Below are positions 9,332-17,777 of a DNA stretch of 50,547 nt, one piece after another. The notes beneath the pieces are model-generated. The model was not told the DNA's origin. It ran no database searches and was given only the letters and a program-made list of their open reading frames with translations. Source of the stretch: Candidatus Eiseniibacteriota bacterium (lineage in GTDB: Bacteria; Joyebacterota; Joyebacteria; Joyebacterales; Joyebacteraceae); the NCBI GenBank assembly GCA_030639555.1, contig DAOWCM010000001.1:1-50547 (forward strand), written 5' to 3'. Made by a program: the position numbers and the translations under genes. Every line of letters begins with the position of its first letter. Position 1 is the stretch's first letter.

Positions 9332-11095
9332 ATGGCTAGCGAAGTCGTATTCACAGGCTATCAGGACGTCACCGCGCGGGCCGAGCAGACCCCGCCGGTC
9401 GACGAGGCAGAGCGAGGGATCAACCCTGGGATCGTCGGCGGCCTGGTCCACCCGCCTCCGTACGCGGGCGCCCCGCCGGCCCTGGCCACGCTTGCCGCCG
9501 GTCCCATCTTCGGCGGCTTCGGGCAAATACAGGCGGGGGGCTCGACCTCCGCGCTGCCGCCTGCCCTCGGGTTCTTCTGCGGCGGCTACGAGGTGGTCGT
9601 ATACGACCGCATCCACGTCATCCCGACCGTCCTGAGGCTCGGGAACGTGCTCGCGGACCAGACCCGGGAGTTCGACGTGTGGAACGCGCACCGCCGCGCG
9701 TCCAAGACGTTGTCCGCCATCGTCGAGGTCGACACGACGGGGCTCACCCTCGTGGAACCGCTGGGGTCTCCCCCGGTGGTATTCGCGCCGCTGCGACTAC
9801 TGGACTACTCTGTTATCGTCAGCACGAGCGGCCCGGCGGTCATAGACGCGCTGTACACGTTCGACTTCACCAGCGAGTCCCCGACGCTGAGGGTGACCGG
9901 GAACCGCACGATCGCGTTCACGTTCGATCCAGAGCGCCCGATGACCGAGGCGCTCGAGTGGAAGACGCAGGTACTCGAGTCCGAGAACGGAGACGAGCGC
10001 AGGATCCGCCTGCGGGAGCTGCCGCGGCAGATATTCAACATGCGGTACCTGATCGTCGACGACAATGAGCGGTCGCAGGCCCTGAACCTGCTGTTCAACC
10101 AGGCGGGCCGCACGTTCCAGATCCCGATGTTCCAGTGGAGGCGACCGCTGCTCGTGGACGTGATCGCGGGGGCCACCGTGATCTCGGTCGACACGACCGA
10201 CGCCGACTTCCGCGAGTCCACGGCGAGCCAGCAGAACCTGGTCATCCTGTGGCGGGGGCCGAACGACTTCGAGATAGCAGAGGTCGCCGTCGGCGGCATC
10301 ACCTCGAGCACGATCACGCTGTTCCTGCCTCTAGACAGCGACCACGACGCGTTCGACACGATCGTGGTACCGATGCAGGCGGTGGTGCCGCGCGATCCGA
10401 TCGAGTGGGCTGAGACTCCGAACAACGTGGTCACCATCTCGGCGGGGTGGCTGGCGACCGAGGTCGTCGACCTCGCGGACCTGTCGAGCCTGGACACCTT
10501 GGACGGCATCCCGATCCTGGACGACCTGAACTTCATGGACCAGACGCTCGACCAGTCGCTGCGGCGGAAGTACCACTTCTTCGACAGCGAGTCCGGCGTG
10601 TTCGAGATCCTGTTCGGCCGCACCGTCCCGGAGTACGCGACGATCAAGGGCTTCCAGCCGCAGACTGATTCTGCCGCGTGGGAGCTGCGGAAGATCCTGT
10701 ACGGCCTGCACGGCAAGCAGCAGTCGTTCTGGCTTCCCACGTTCCGCAACGATTTCCAGATAACGTCCGGCATCGGCGCGGGCGACACGTTGATCGAGGT
10801 GGAGGACGCGGGATACGAGCGGTTCGTAGACGGCGCGGAGCCGTGGGCCGGCATCATGATCGAGAAGCGGGATGGCACGCGGTTCTTCCGCCGGATCATA
10901 GGATCTACCCCGGAGGTCGGCGGGGTGGAGGAGATCGAAATCGACTCCCCGCTCGGCGTGGCGGTCGCAGCCGTCGACGTCAGGCGGATGTCCCTCCTGG
11001 TGCGCTCGAGGTTCAACGTCGACAGGATCGAGATCGAGCACATGCAGATCGGCAACCTGCGAGTTAGAATCCCCGTCGTAGGAGTGAAGCAATAA
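9332..11095 (+). CDS. Distal tail protein-like (two DUF2460 / GTA g12-like repeats)
   Basis: 587 aa. Two copies of one pattern are present: LESENGDERRI...LNLLFNQAGRTFQIPMF and FDSESGVFEI...ILYGLHGKQQSFWLPTF. The gene lies immediately upstream of the hub gene. Confidence 0.45.
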   Translation: MASEVVFTGYQDVTARAEQTPPVDEAERGINPGIVGGLVHPPPYAGAPPALATLAAGPIFGGFGQIQAGGSTSALPPALGFFCGGYEVVVYDRIHVIPTVLRLGNVLADQTREFDVWNAHRRASKTLSAIVEVDTTGLTLVEPLGSPPVVFAPLRLLDYSVIVSTSGPAVIDALYTFDFTSESPTLRVTGNRTIAFTFDPERPMTEALEWKTQVLESENGDERRIRLRELPRQIFNMRYLIVDDNERSQALNLLFNQAGRTFQIPMFQWRRPLLVDVIAGATVISVDTTDADFRESTASQQNLVILWRGPNDFEIAEVAVGGITSSTITLFLPLDSDHDAFDTIVVPMQAVVPRDPIEWAETPNNVVTISAGWLATEVVDLADLSSLDTLDGIPILDDLNFMDQTLDQSLRRKYHFFDSESGVFEILFGRTVPEYATIKGFQPQTDSAAWELRKILYGLHGKQQSFWLPTFRNDFQITSGIGAGDTLIEVEDAGYERFVDGAEPWAGIMIEKRDGTRFFRRIIGSTPEVGGVEEIEIDSPLGVAVAAVDVRRMSLLVRSRFNVDRIEIEHMQIGNLRVRIPVVGVKQ

Positions 11096-11967
11096 TGGCG
11101 TTCGACACCTTCGAGGACTCGATAGAGGACGCGCAGCCGCAGGAGCTGTACCTGTTCACCAACGTGGAGGAGTCGTTCAAGTACACCTCCGGGCAGCAGC
11201 AGATCACGTTCGGGGGAAACACGTACATACCCCGGCCGATCTCACGGACGGAGCAGGAGATAGAGTCGGAGCAGCGACAGCGGCAGATGATCGTCAAGCT
11301 GCCCGTCACGGATCCGTTTGCGCAGCGATACATCTCCACCATCCCGGCGTCCCAGGACAACTTGAAGATATTCCGCAGGCACACCACGGACCTGCCAACC
11401 CCAGAGACGCAGCTCGTGTTCGACGGGCGCGTGACTAACGTCGCGTTCACGGAGAACGAGGCGAAGGTGAACGTGATCTCGCGCGGCTCAGTCCTAGAGC
11501 AGGCTATTCCGCTGCAGACATTCCGAAACCCATGCAACTTCATCCTCTACGGCACCCGGTGCGCGGTGGTCGAGGCGGACTTCAAGATGGCCGTCGACGT
11601 CACTGCGATCTCAGCCGACGGGCTGACGGTCACGGTCGACGGGGGAAGCAACGTCATCCCCAACACGGCCCTCGAGCTATCCGCGCAGCTCACTGCGGCC
11701 TCTGACTTCTTCCTCGGCGGCTTCATCGTCCGGGGCGGCATAGAGCACCGGATGGTACTCACGATGGCAGACCTCGGCGGGAACGTGGCCAACATAACGG
11801 TGCTGATCCCTTTCCAGACGATAGGCGTCGGGACGACCCTCGAGCTGTTCGCCGGCTGCGACCACCAGCTCCCGACGTGCACCGCGAAGTTCGCGAACAC
11901 CGAGCGGTACGGAGGATTCCCGTTCATACCCGGGAAGAACCCGTTCCAGTCCGGCATCAACAAGTAG
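11095..11967 (+). CDS. Tail hub protein (DUF2163 with phage BR0599 C-terminal domain)
   Basis: 290 aa. The C-terminal GCDHQLPTCTAKFANTERYGGFPFIPG matches the BR0599 signature of GTA g13-type hub proteins. The ATG overlaps the upstream TAA. Confidence 0.7.
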   Translation: MAFDTFEDSIEDAQPQELYLFTNVEESFKYTSGQQQITFGGNTYIPRPISRTEQEIESEQRQRQMIVKLPVTDPFAQRYISTIPASQDNLKIFRRHTTDLPTPETQLVFDGRVTNVAFTENEAKVNVISRGSVLEQAIPLQTFRNPCNFILYGTRCAVVEADFKMAVDVTAISADGLTVTVDGGSNVIPNTALELSAQLTAASDFFLGGFIVRGGIEHRMVLTMADLGGNVANITVLIPFQTIGVGTTLELFAGCDHQLPTCTAKFANTERYGGFPFIPGKNPFQSGINK

Positions 11968-11982
11968 ACCGGGAGCACCCCC

Positions 11983-14900
11983 ATGCCAATCCAGCTCATC
12001 CTGTTGATCATCATGCTCGTCCTGATGGTTCTGTCCTTTCTCCTCGCGCCGAAGCCTAAGTTCGAGAACGCGAGGCCGGCGGCGCTGGGAGATTTCTCGG
12101 TCCCGACTGCCACGGAGCAGCGCGCGGTGCCGATCATCTGGGGCACCATCGACGTGCTCGGCCCGAACGTCATCTGGTACGGGGACCTCCTCACCGTCGC
12201 GATCCGCAAGAAGGTCAAGACGGGGATGTTCAAGAAGAAGAAGATCACCGTCGGGTTTCGATACTTCATTGGGATGGACCTCGCCATCGGGTACGGGCCA
12301 CTCGACCGCATCACCAGCCTCGAGGTAAGCGACAAGCGGATCGCCATCCCCATCACCACACCTACACCTGCCGGCGCCACCCTCGACATCTCCGAGCCGA
12401 ACCACTTCGGCGGCAAGCAACAGGGTGGCGGGATGGTCGGCAGGTTCACGATCTACGACGGCTCCCTGAACCAGCTACAGGATCCATACCTGCAGTCCGT
12501 TCTTGGCACGGACATCCCGGCGTACATGAACATCTCGCACGCCGTGTGGGAGCGGGGCGAGGTCGGCGAGAGCGTCCAGATCCAGCCGTGGACCTTCCGG
12601 GTGACGCGGTTCCCTGACAACCTCGGGCTGGCGGGCAGCGGCCACATTGTGAGCGGCACCATCGAGGACGGGGACGCGAACCCTGCCGAGGCGCTGTACG
12701 AGATCATGACCGACGAGCTGTTCGGTCTCAACATCGACCCGCTGAGGATCGACCTCGCGTCCTTCGCGGCGGCCGGCAACACCCTGGCCACGGAGGAGAA
12801 CGGGTGGTCCATCGTGGTGACCTCCGTCACCCCGGCGATCGACCTGATCAAGGAGATACTTCGCCAGGTCGACGGAGTCCTATTCGAGGACTCGGACGGC
12901 GTGTTCCACCTCATCCTGGCACGCAACGACTTCTCACTACCCTCGCTGCCGGTGTTCGACGACTCGAACATCATCGAGATGAAGCAGTTCAGCCGCGGCT
13001 CGTGGTCGGAGACGTTCAACCACATCAACATCGCCTACACCGACAGGACCAAGGACTTCATAGCAACCGGGGCCGGCGCGCAGGACACCGCGAACGTGCG
13101 GATCCAGGACGCAGAGCGGCGGGCGGACTTGAACTACCCCGGGGTCAAGCACCCCGACACGGCCAACGAGATTGCGGCCCGCGAGCTGCGGGCGCTCAGC
13201 TTCCCCCTCGCGAAGGTGAGGATCATCGTCAACCGAGACGGTCGCACCCTCGTGCCGGGCGACGTGATAAAGCTCACGTGGCCGAAGTTCAACATCGTGG
13301 ATATGGTCATCCGCGTCCTCGTGGTCGACCTCGGTAGCCTGCTCGACGGCCAGGTGGAAATCAACGGGGTGCAGGACATGTTCCGCCTCGGGGATACGTT
13401 CTTCAAGTCCCCGAACGCGACGGGCTGGACGCCGGTCGACGACTCCGCGCTCGCCGCCATCTTCGAGCTCGTACGGCAGGCGCCGGTCATCACCTTGAAC
13501 ACGAACCCGGACGAGATCGACGACCCAACTGGCGCGAGGGTCCTGTCCGTGGTCTCGTCACCGTCCGGCGCCTCCACATTCTTCGAGCAGTTCGTGGACG
13601 ACGGCGGCGGCGGCGGCTTCGAGGAAGCAGTCGGGGAGAGCGAGGGCTTCACGCCGAACGCGCTCCTCGCGGCTGCGTACCCTGCCGCGACGGCCGACAT
13701 CGAGTCCTCGGACCTACTCCTGCTGGACACGGCGCGGGACTTCGAGGTGCTGTCGGACGAGCCCCCCGCGAACATCGCCCAGGGGCTCAACCTCGCGCTG
13801 ATCGAGGGCGCCACCGAGGCCGAGGACGAGATCATCGGCTGGGAGGAGCTGTTCGACAACGGCGGCGGGTCGTTCACGCTGAAGCGCGTGCACCGGGGCC
13901 TGATGGACACGCAGGCGCGCGACCACGCGAACAACGCCCGGATCTGGTTCTTCTCCGACTTCTCCGCCCTGTCCGACAAGACGTACGGCGACACTCAGGC
14001 AATCTCGGTCAAGCACCAGACGAAGACCTCCTCGGACATCCTCGACATCGCGAGTGCGAGCGCCAACCCGATCACGTTCGCGAGCCGCTCGCTGAAGCCG
14101 CACCACCCGGCGAACTGGGAGGTGAACGCCACGCGGGTGCCAGTCGCGGTCGACGAAACGGCGCCGCTCGCGCTCACCTGGGAACACCGGCTGAACGCGG
14201 ACGCCGTGGTCCGAGACGCGGACGACGGGTCCGTGGGCACGCAGGACACGGCCGTCGAGTACAACCTCGAGTTCCGCCACGCAGTGACGCAGGCCATCCT
14301 GCGATCGGTCACGCTGGACTCCGCCTCGCCGCCCCCGGTCGGCGGGACCTGGCTCTCCTACACCTACCTGGCCGCGGACCTGCAGTCCGACACAGGGGAG
14401 GTGGGCGACTTCCCGCTCGAGGCACGCATCGAGGCCGAGGACACCGGCCTGACCCTCGTGTCGCTGCAGGAGGTGGTCCACGACTTCAACGTGGACATGG
14501 GCGGGGCGCTCGTGCGGTCGATCGACCTGGACGGCACCACCGAGTTCCTCGAGGACTCGACCACCGCCTCCACCATGGGATTCGCGAACGCCTGGACAAT
14601 GAACGTCTGGGTGCGCTTCGCCGCGCTCCCGGCCGTGTCCCCGATGCGGATCTTCAACGTCCAGAAGGCCGGCGCGTTCAACTCGATTCAGCTCCAGGCG
14701 GAGGTGGCCGGCACGTTCTCGGCGATCCTCGAGGACAGCGCCGCGGCGACCTTCAAGGTCTACACGTTCGGCACGACGGCGACCGCGACCTGGTTCATGG
14801 TGACCCTCACGTGGGACGGCACCACGCTGACTACCTACGTGGACGGCTCGGTCGCCACGCCGACAAAGGTCACCGACCTCGCGGGCACCATGACGGACAC

Positions 14901-15225
14901 CGCCAGGTTCGTCCGCGTCGGTTCCTTGACCGGGGCGGCGATCGAGCTCATGGACGGTCTGGTGTTCTCGCCGGCCCTGTGGGACACGGACCTGGCCTCG
15001 GCCGCGGTGAGCACGGTCTACAATGCCGGCAGCGGGTCCACGTTCAACCTGCGGGCGAACAGCGGCAGCTACGTGTCCGCGGGCGCGAACTTGAAGCACC
15101 TGTGGGACTGGCGCGACTCCGCGTCGATCGGCCGAGACTACGGCCACATCTCCGCCGGGAAGTTCGACCTGCTGAACAACTCGGTCGGGATCACGGCAGC
15201 CGACCTCAGCGTGACGGTGCCGTAG
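11983..15225 (+). CDS. Host-specificity / central tail fibre protein (gpJ / GTA g15-like) with LamG-like C-terminal domain
   Basis: 1080 aa. The hydrophobic N-terminus MPIQLILLIIMLVLMVLSF plus the IIWGT motif are typical of gpJ-like proteins. The last ~200 aa (WTMNVWVRF...WFMVTLTWDGTTLTTYVDG) look like a ConA/LamG lectin fold. Confidence 0.75.
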   Translation: MPIQLILLIIMLVLMVLSFLLAPKPKFENARPAALGDFSVPTATEQRAVPIIWGTIDVLGPNVIWYGDLLTVAIRKKVKTGMFKKKKITVGFRYFIGMDLAIGYGPLDRITSLEVSDKRIAIPITTPTPAGATLDISEPNHFGGKQQGGGMVGRFTIYDGSLNQLQDPYLQSVLGTDIPAYMNISHAVWERGEVGESVQIQPWTFRVTRFPDNLGLAGSGHIVSGTIEDGDANPAEALYEIMTDELFGLNIDPLRIDLASFAAAGNTLATEENGWSIVVTSVTPAIDLIKEILRQVDGVLFEDSDGVFHLILARNDFSLPSLPVFDDSNIIEMKQFSRGSWSETFNHINIAYTDRTKDFIATGAGAQDTANVRIQDAERRADLNYPGVKHPDTANEIAARELRALSFPLAKVRIIVNRDGRTLVPGDVIKLTWPKFNIVDMVIRVLVVDLGSLLDGQVEINGVQDMFRLGDTFFKSPNATGWTPVDDSALAAIFELVRQAPVITLNTNPDEIDDPTGARVLSVVSSPSGASTFFEQFVDDGGGGGFEEAVGESEGFTPNALLAAAYPAATADIESSDLLLLDTARDFEVLSDEPPANIAQGLNLALIEGATEAEDEIIGWEELFDNGGGSFTLKRVHRGLMDTQARDHANNARIWFFSDFSALSDKTYGDTQAISVKHQTKTSSDILDIASASANPITFASRSLKPHHPANWEVNATRVPVAVDETAPLALTWEHRLNADAVVRDADDGSVGTQDTAVEYNLEFRHAVTQAILRSVTLDSASPPPVGGTWLSYTYLAADLQSDTGEVGDFPLEARIEAEDTGLTLVSLQEVVHDFNVDMGGALVRSIDLDGTTEFLEDSTTASTMGFANAWTMNVWVRFAALPAVSPMRIFNVQKAGAFNSIQLQAEVAGTFSAILEDSAAATFKVYTFGTTATATWFMVTLTWDGTTLTTYVDGSVATPTKVTDLAGTMTDTARFVRVGSLTGAAIELMDGLVFSPALWDTDLASAAVSTVYNAGSGSTFNLRANSGSYVSAGANLKHLWDWRDSASIGRDYGHISAGKFDLLNNSVGITAADLSVTVP

Positions 15226-15226
15226 G

Positions 15227-15775
15227 ATGCCGCGCATAGTCTACATAGCTGCTGTGACAGCGGCGGCCCTCACCCTTCTCCTCGGGTGCGCGACAGGCGG
15301 CGGCCCGTCGAACGTGAAGGAGATGATCGAGGAGTACGGGCAGCCGTTCGAGGGGCTGCGCGCGGCGCCGGCCGCCCTGGAGGACGACGAATCCCGCCTC
15401 GAGATATTCCTCGGCATCGTCGACGAGGAGGCGCCGGTCGGCATGGACGGTCGGCCGCAGTTCAAGCGCGTGCTCTGGTGCATCGCGGAGAACGACGAGA
15501 AGGACACGCTCCGCTTCGTGAAGAAGCAGATCGACGCCGCCCCTGAGGACAAGCCGATCAGCCTGTACGTCCACATGATCAAGGGCGGGTATAAGTTCTG
15601 GTTCGGCGGCCCGGACTGCTTCTTCAAGGCAATCGCCGTGTGGAAGCCGGAGACTCGCAGGTACCAGTACCTGAACCCGCTGTACGGAACTCCTTGGCAC
15701 GAGTGGCTGAACATGAAGACCGCGCTGATGGGCCTCGCGAAAGGTGCCAAGGCAGTCAAGTCGGTAGTCCCCTAG
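15227..15775 (+). CDS. Lipoprotein (possible receptor-blocking / exclusion lipoprotein)
   Basis: 182 aa with a signal peptide and lipobox LLLGC (Cys21). It starts 2 nt after the gpJ-like stop. Confidence 0.6.
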   Translation: MPRIVYIAAVTAAALTLLLGCATGGGPSNVKEMIEEYGQPFEGLRAAPAALEDDESRLEIFLGIVDEEAPVGMDGRPQFKRVLWCIAENDEKDTLRFVKKQIDAAPEDKPISLYVHMIKGGYKFWFGGPDCFFKAIAVWKPETRRYQYLNPLYGTPWHEWLNMKTALMGLAKGAKAVKSVVP

Positions 15776-15792
15776 ACTATCAGGAGCAAGTG

Positions 15793-16032
15793 ATGAAGAT
15801 CGAGTGGCGAACAGACAAGATCCCCGGAATCCTGAAGGCCGTGGTGACCCTGTTGGTCGGCGGCTTCATCACCGTCGCCACCGTGGTGTGGGCCGCGAGC
15901 GCGGACTGGACGGAAGTCCAGGCGCACACCAAGGACGAAGCGAAGCACATGACCCCCCAGATCCACCGGGAGCTCGGCGAGATCCAGGGAAAGCTGGACA
16001 CGATCATTCAACGAATACCTGCCCCGGAGTAA
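15793..16032 (+). CDS. Small single-TM membrane protein (holin candidate)
   Basis: The ATG at 15793 lies 6 nt after AGGAG. 79 aa with a TM segment AVVTLLVGGFITVATVVWAA and a charged C-terminus. It lies directly upstream of the endolysin. Confidence 0.4.
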   Translation: MKIEWRTDKIPGILKAVVTLLVGGFITVATVVWAASADWTEVQAHTKDEAKHMTPQIHRELGEIQGKLDTIIQRIPAPE

Positions 16033-16037
16033 CCCCC

Positions 16038-16508
16038 ATGCCCGCATATAGCCGCCGCAGCCTGCACCGGCTGCGCACGTGCACCACCAACTTGCAGCGC
16101 GTCTTCAACGTGGTCATCGAGTGGTTCGACAACACGATCCTCGAGGGTCACCGCGGCGAGGAGGCGCAGAACCGCGCGCACGCCGAGGGGCGCTCGAAGC
16201 TCCGGTGGCCGGACGGCAACCACAACGAGTATCCCTCGGAGGCCGTCGACGCCGGCCCCTACGACCCCGAACTGCGCGGCGTCAACTGGGACACGAAGAT
16301 ACAGCGCGACGACGGCAAGATCGACTGGAAGGCCGTTTGGAACCTGTGCCGATTCTACTACTTCGCGGGCTTCGTGATGGGCACGGCAGCCTCGATGGGC
16401 GTCCGACTCCGCTGGGGCGGGGACTGGGACGGAGACACCGAACTAGACGACCAGAAGTTCCGCGACCTCGTTCACTTCGAGGAGCGAGAACAGGAGGAAT
16501 CCCCATGA
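16038..16508 (+). CDS. Endolysin, peptidase M15 family (VanY / L-alanyl-D-glutamate peptidase-like)
   Basis: 156 aa. The NHNEYPSEAVD (H-x6-D) and DLVHFE motifs are the Zn ligands of M15 peptidases. Confidence 0.75.
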   Translation: MPAYSRRSLHRLRTCTTNLQRVFNVVIEWFDNTILEGHRGEEAQNRAHAEGRSKLRWPDGNHNEYPSEAVDAGPYDPELRGVNWDTKIQRDDGKIDWKAVWNLCRFYYFAGFVMGTAASMGVRLRWGGDWDGDTELDDQKFRDLVHFEEREQEESP

Positions 16509-16834
16509 ACATGAAGGATATGAGCAACGCCGAGAAGGTCCAGCTCGCAACAGACCTGCTCGTCGCCGTCGAGTCAGACGACGCCGACGGCGTGTCTGAG
16601 AAGGTGGTCGGCCTGATCGTGCGCAACAATCCCAAGCTGGCGGGATACTCGCTGATCGCGAAGGTGGCCCTGGCCGCCGTGCTGCGAAGACTTTTCGGGG
16701 GTGAGGACGACGAGGACGACGAGGCGAAGATCGAGGAGGTAGCCCGAGGGGTCGCGGCCGGGGTGGCAGTCGACCTGCTCAAGAGGGGCAGGGGACGCGA
16801 CTACCCGTGGTACGATCCACGCGGCTGGTTCTAG
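16505..16834 (+). CDS. Hypothetical protein, last gene of the late operon
   Basis: The ATG overlaps the endolysin stop (ATGA) and follows RBS GGAGGA. 109 aa with an amphipathic/hydrophobic stretch (LAGYSLIAKVALAAVL) and an acidic run (GEDDEDDE). Confidence 0.4.
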   Translation: MNMKDMSNAEKVQLATDLLVAVESDDADGVSEKVVGLIVRNNPKLAGYSLIAKVALAAVLRRLFGGEDDEDDEAKIEEVARGVAAGVAVDLLKRGRGRDYPWYDPRGWF

Positions 16835-16843
16835 GAAGACCCT

Positions 16844-16910
16844 GCGCGCCCATAATTTGGGGGCGCTAGGTCGGGCGGGCCGGTCGGTTTCGGGGGTTGC
16901 CGCCGGCTCG
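16844..16910. terminator. Convergent-operon junction with two imperfect hairpins
   Basis: GCGCCC-ataatttgg-GGGCGC (16846-16866) and GGCGGGCCGG-N19-CCGGCTCGCC (about 16873-16910). They lie between the end of the + block (16834) and the end of the - block (16919). Confidence 0.35.
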
Positions 16911-16918
16911 CCTTCGTC

Positions 16919-17188
16919 CTAGTTCGAGATGTTGTCGACCTTGATCGGGCGCAGCTTCTCGACGAGTATGGACACCATGATCCACGCGAGGCATCCGCCC
17001 CATCCGAGGACGAACGCGCGCCCGAAGGGTAGGAGCTCGTATCCCCACAGCCACGCGGCGAACCTCAGGGCTCCACCGAGGGCCAGCCCTATCAGAGGGC
17101 TCACCACCAGGATCGCGAGCATCATGGTGAACATTCCGAACGCCAGGTTCGATACCGCGATCTCAATTTGCTTCTGATTCATCGCCAT
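16919..17188 (-). CDS. Small membrane protein (2-3 TM)
   Basis: The start was set at MAMNQ (ATG 17188), preceded by RBS GGAGAG. 89 aa and strongly hydrophobic (FGMFTMMLAILVVSPLIGLALGG, GWGGCLAWIMVSIL). Confidence 0.5.
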   Translation of the reverse strand: MAMNQKQIEIAVSNLAFGMFTMMLAILVVSPLIGLALGGALRFAAWLWGYELLPFGRAFVLGWGGCLAWIMVSILVEKLRPIKVDNISN

Positions 17189-17537
17189 CGTCTCTCTCCT
17201 GTACTGGCCGGAGAATCGACAGTGCGTCCTCATGGAACGCCTTGACCTCGTCGGCCCTTCCGTGCGGTTTTCCCCCGAGATACGGCGCGTTGCCGGGCCG
17301 GACGTAGGGGACTCCCGGGTTGAGTAGTTCTCGCTTGTCGCCCGTCGCCGTGTTGACGATCGAGATGTGGCCCTTGGCCCACACGATTCTCGGCGTCATG
17401 CGCCGCGCGCACTCCCGGCGGAGCGCCGTCATCCTGGCGCGCGACCGCGGGCAGTCGTCGTAGTGGATTCCGCCGACGACGCGGTTGCAGAACGGGCAGT
17501 CCGTTTGTGATTCGCTAACAATTCCACGCTTCTGCAA
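17163..17537 (-). CDS. Hypothetical protein with N-terminal CxxC...C motif
   Basis: 124-aa ORF with high GC3 in this frame. The track start is a TTG and the true start is uncertain. It overlaps the next gene by 26 nt. Confidence 0.4.
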   Translation of the reverse strand: MQKRGIVSESQTDCPFCNRVVGGIHYDDCPRSRARMTALRRECARRMTPRIVWAKGHISIVNTATGDKRELLNPGVPYVRPGNAPYLGGKPHGRADEVKAFHEDALSILRPVQERDDGDESEAN

Positions 17538-17552
17538 CTTGATACCTCAGAG

Positions 17553-17584
17553 GGCCCCGACGCTAGCGCGTCGGGGCCTTTTCT
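17553..17584 (+). terminator. Strong hairpin plus T-tract oriented on the + strand, inside the minus-strand block
   Basis: GGCCCCGACGC-tagc-GCGTCGGGGCC forms an 11-bp perfect stem followed by TTTTCT on the + strand. On the - strand it is preceded by an A-run but has no U-tract after it. Confidence 0.5.
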
Positions 17585-17588
17585 GCGT

Positions 17589-17777
17589 TTAGGGCCGGAA
17601 CTCGCGCTGCTTGTCGATCAGCTCGTTCAGCCGCTTTTGCAGCCACTTCATGCCGCGCTCGTTGAGCGAGCCTTGGTACGTCATCCGGCCCTTGGGCGTG
17701 TCCAGGTCGATCGTGAACAGCGAGCAGTTGCTCGCCTTCTGCCTCGCGCGCTGTTCCTCGGTGTAGCTGACTCTCAT
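17589..17777 (-). CDS. Hypothetical protein (62 aa, basic)
   Basis: The ATG overlaps the upstream stop (TGATG). The sequence is protein-like (MRVSYTEEQRARQK...LNELIDKQREF). Confidence 0.5.
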   Translation of the reverse strand: MRVSYTEEQRARQKASNCSLFTIDLDTPKGRMTYQGSLNERGMKWLQKRLNELIDKQREFRP

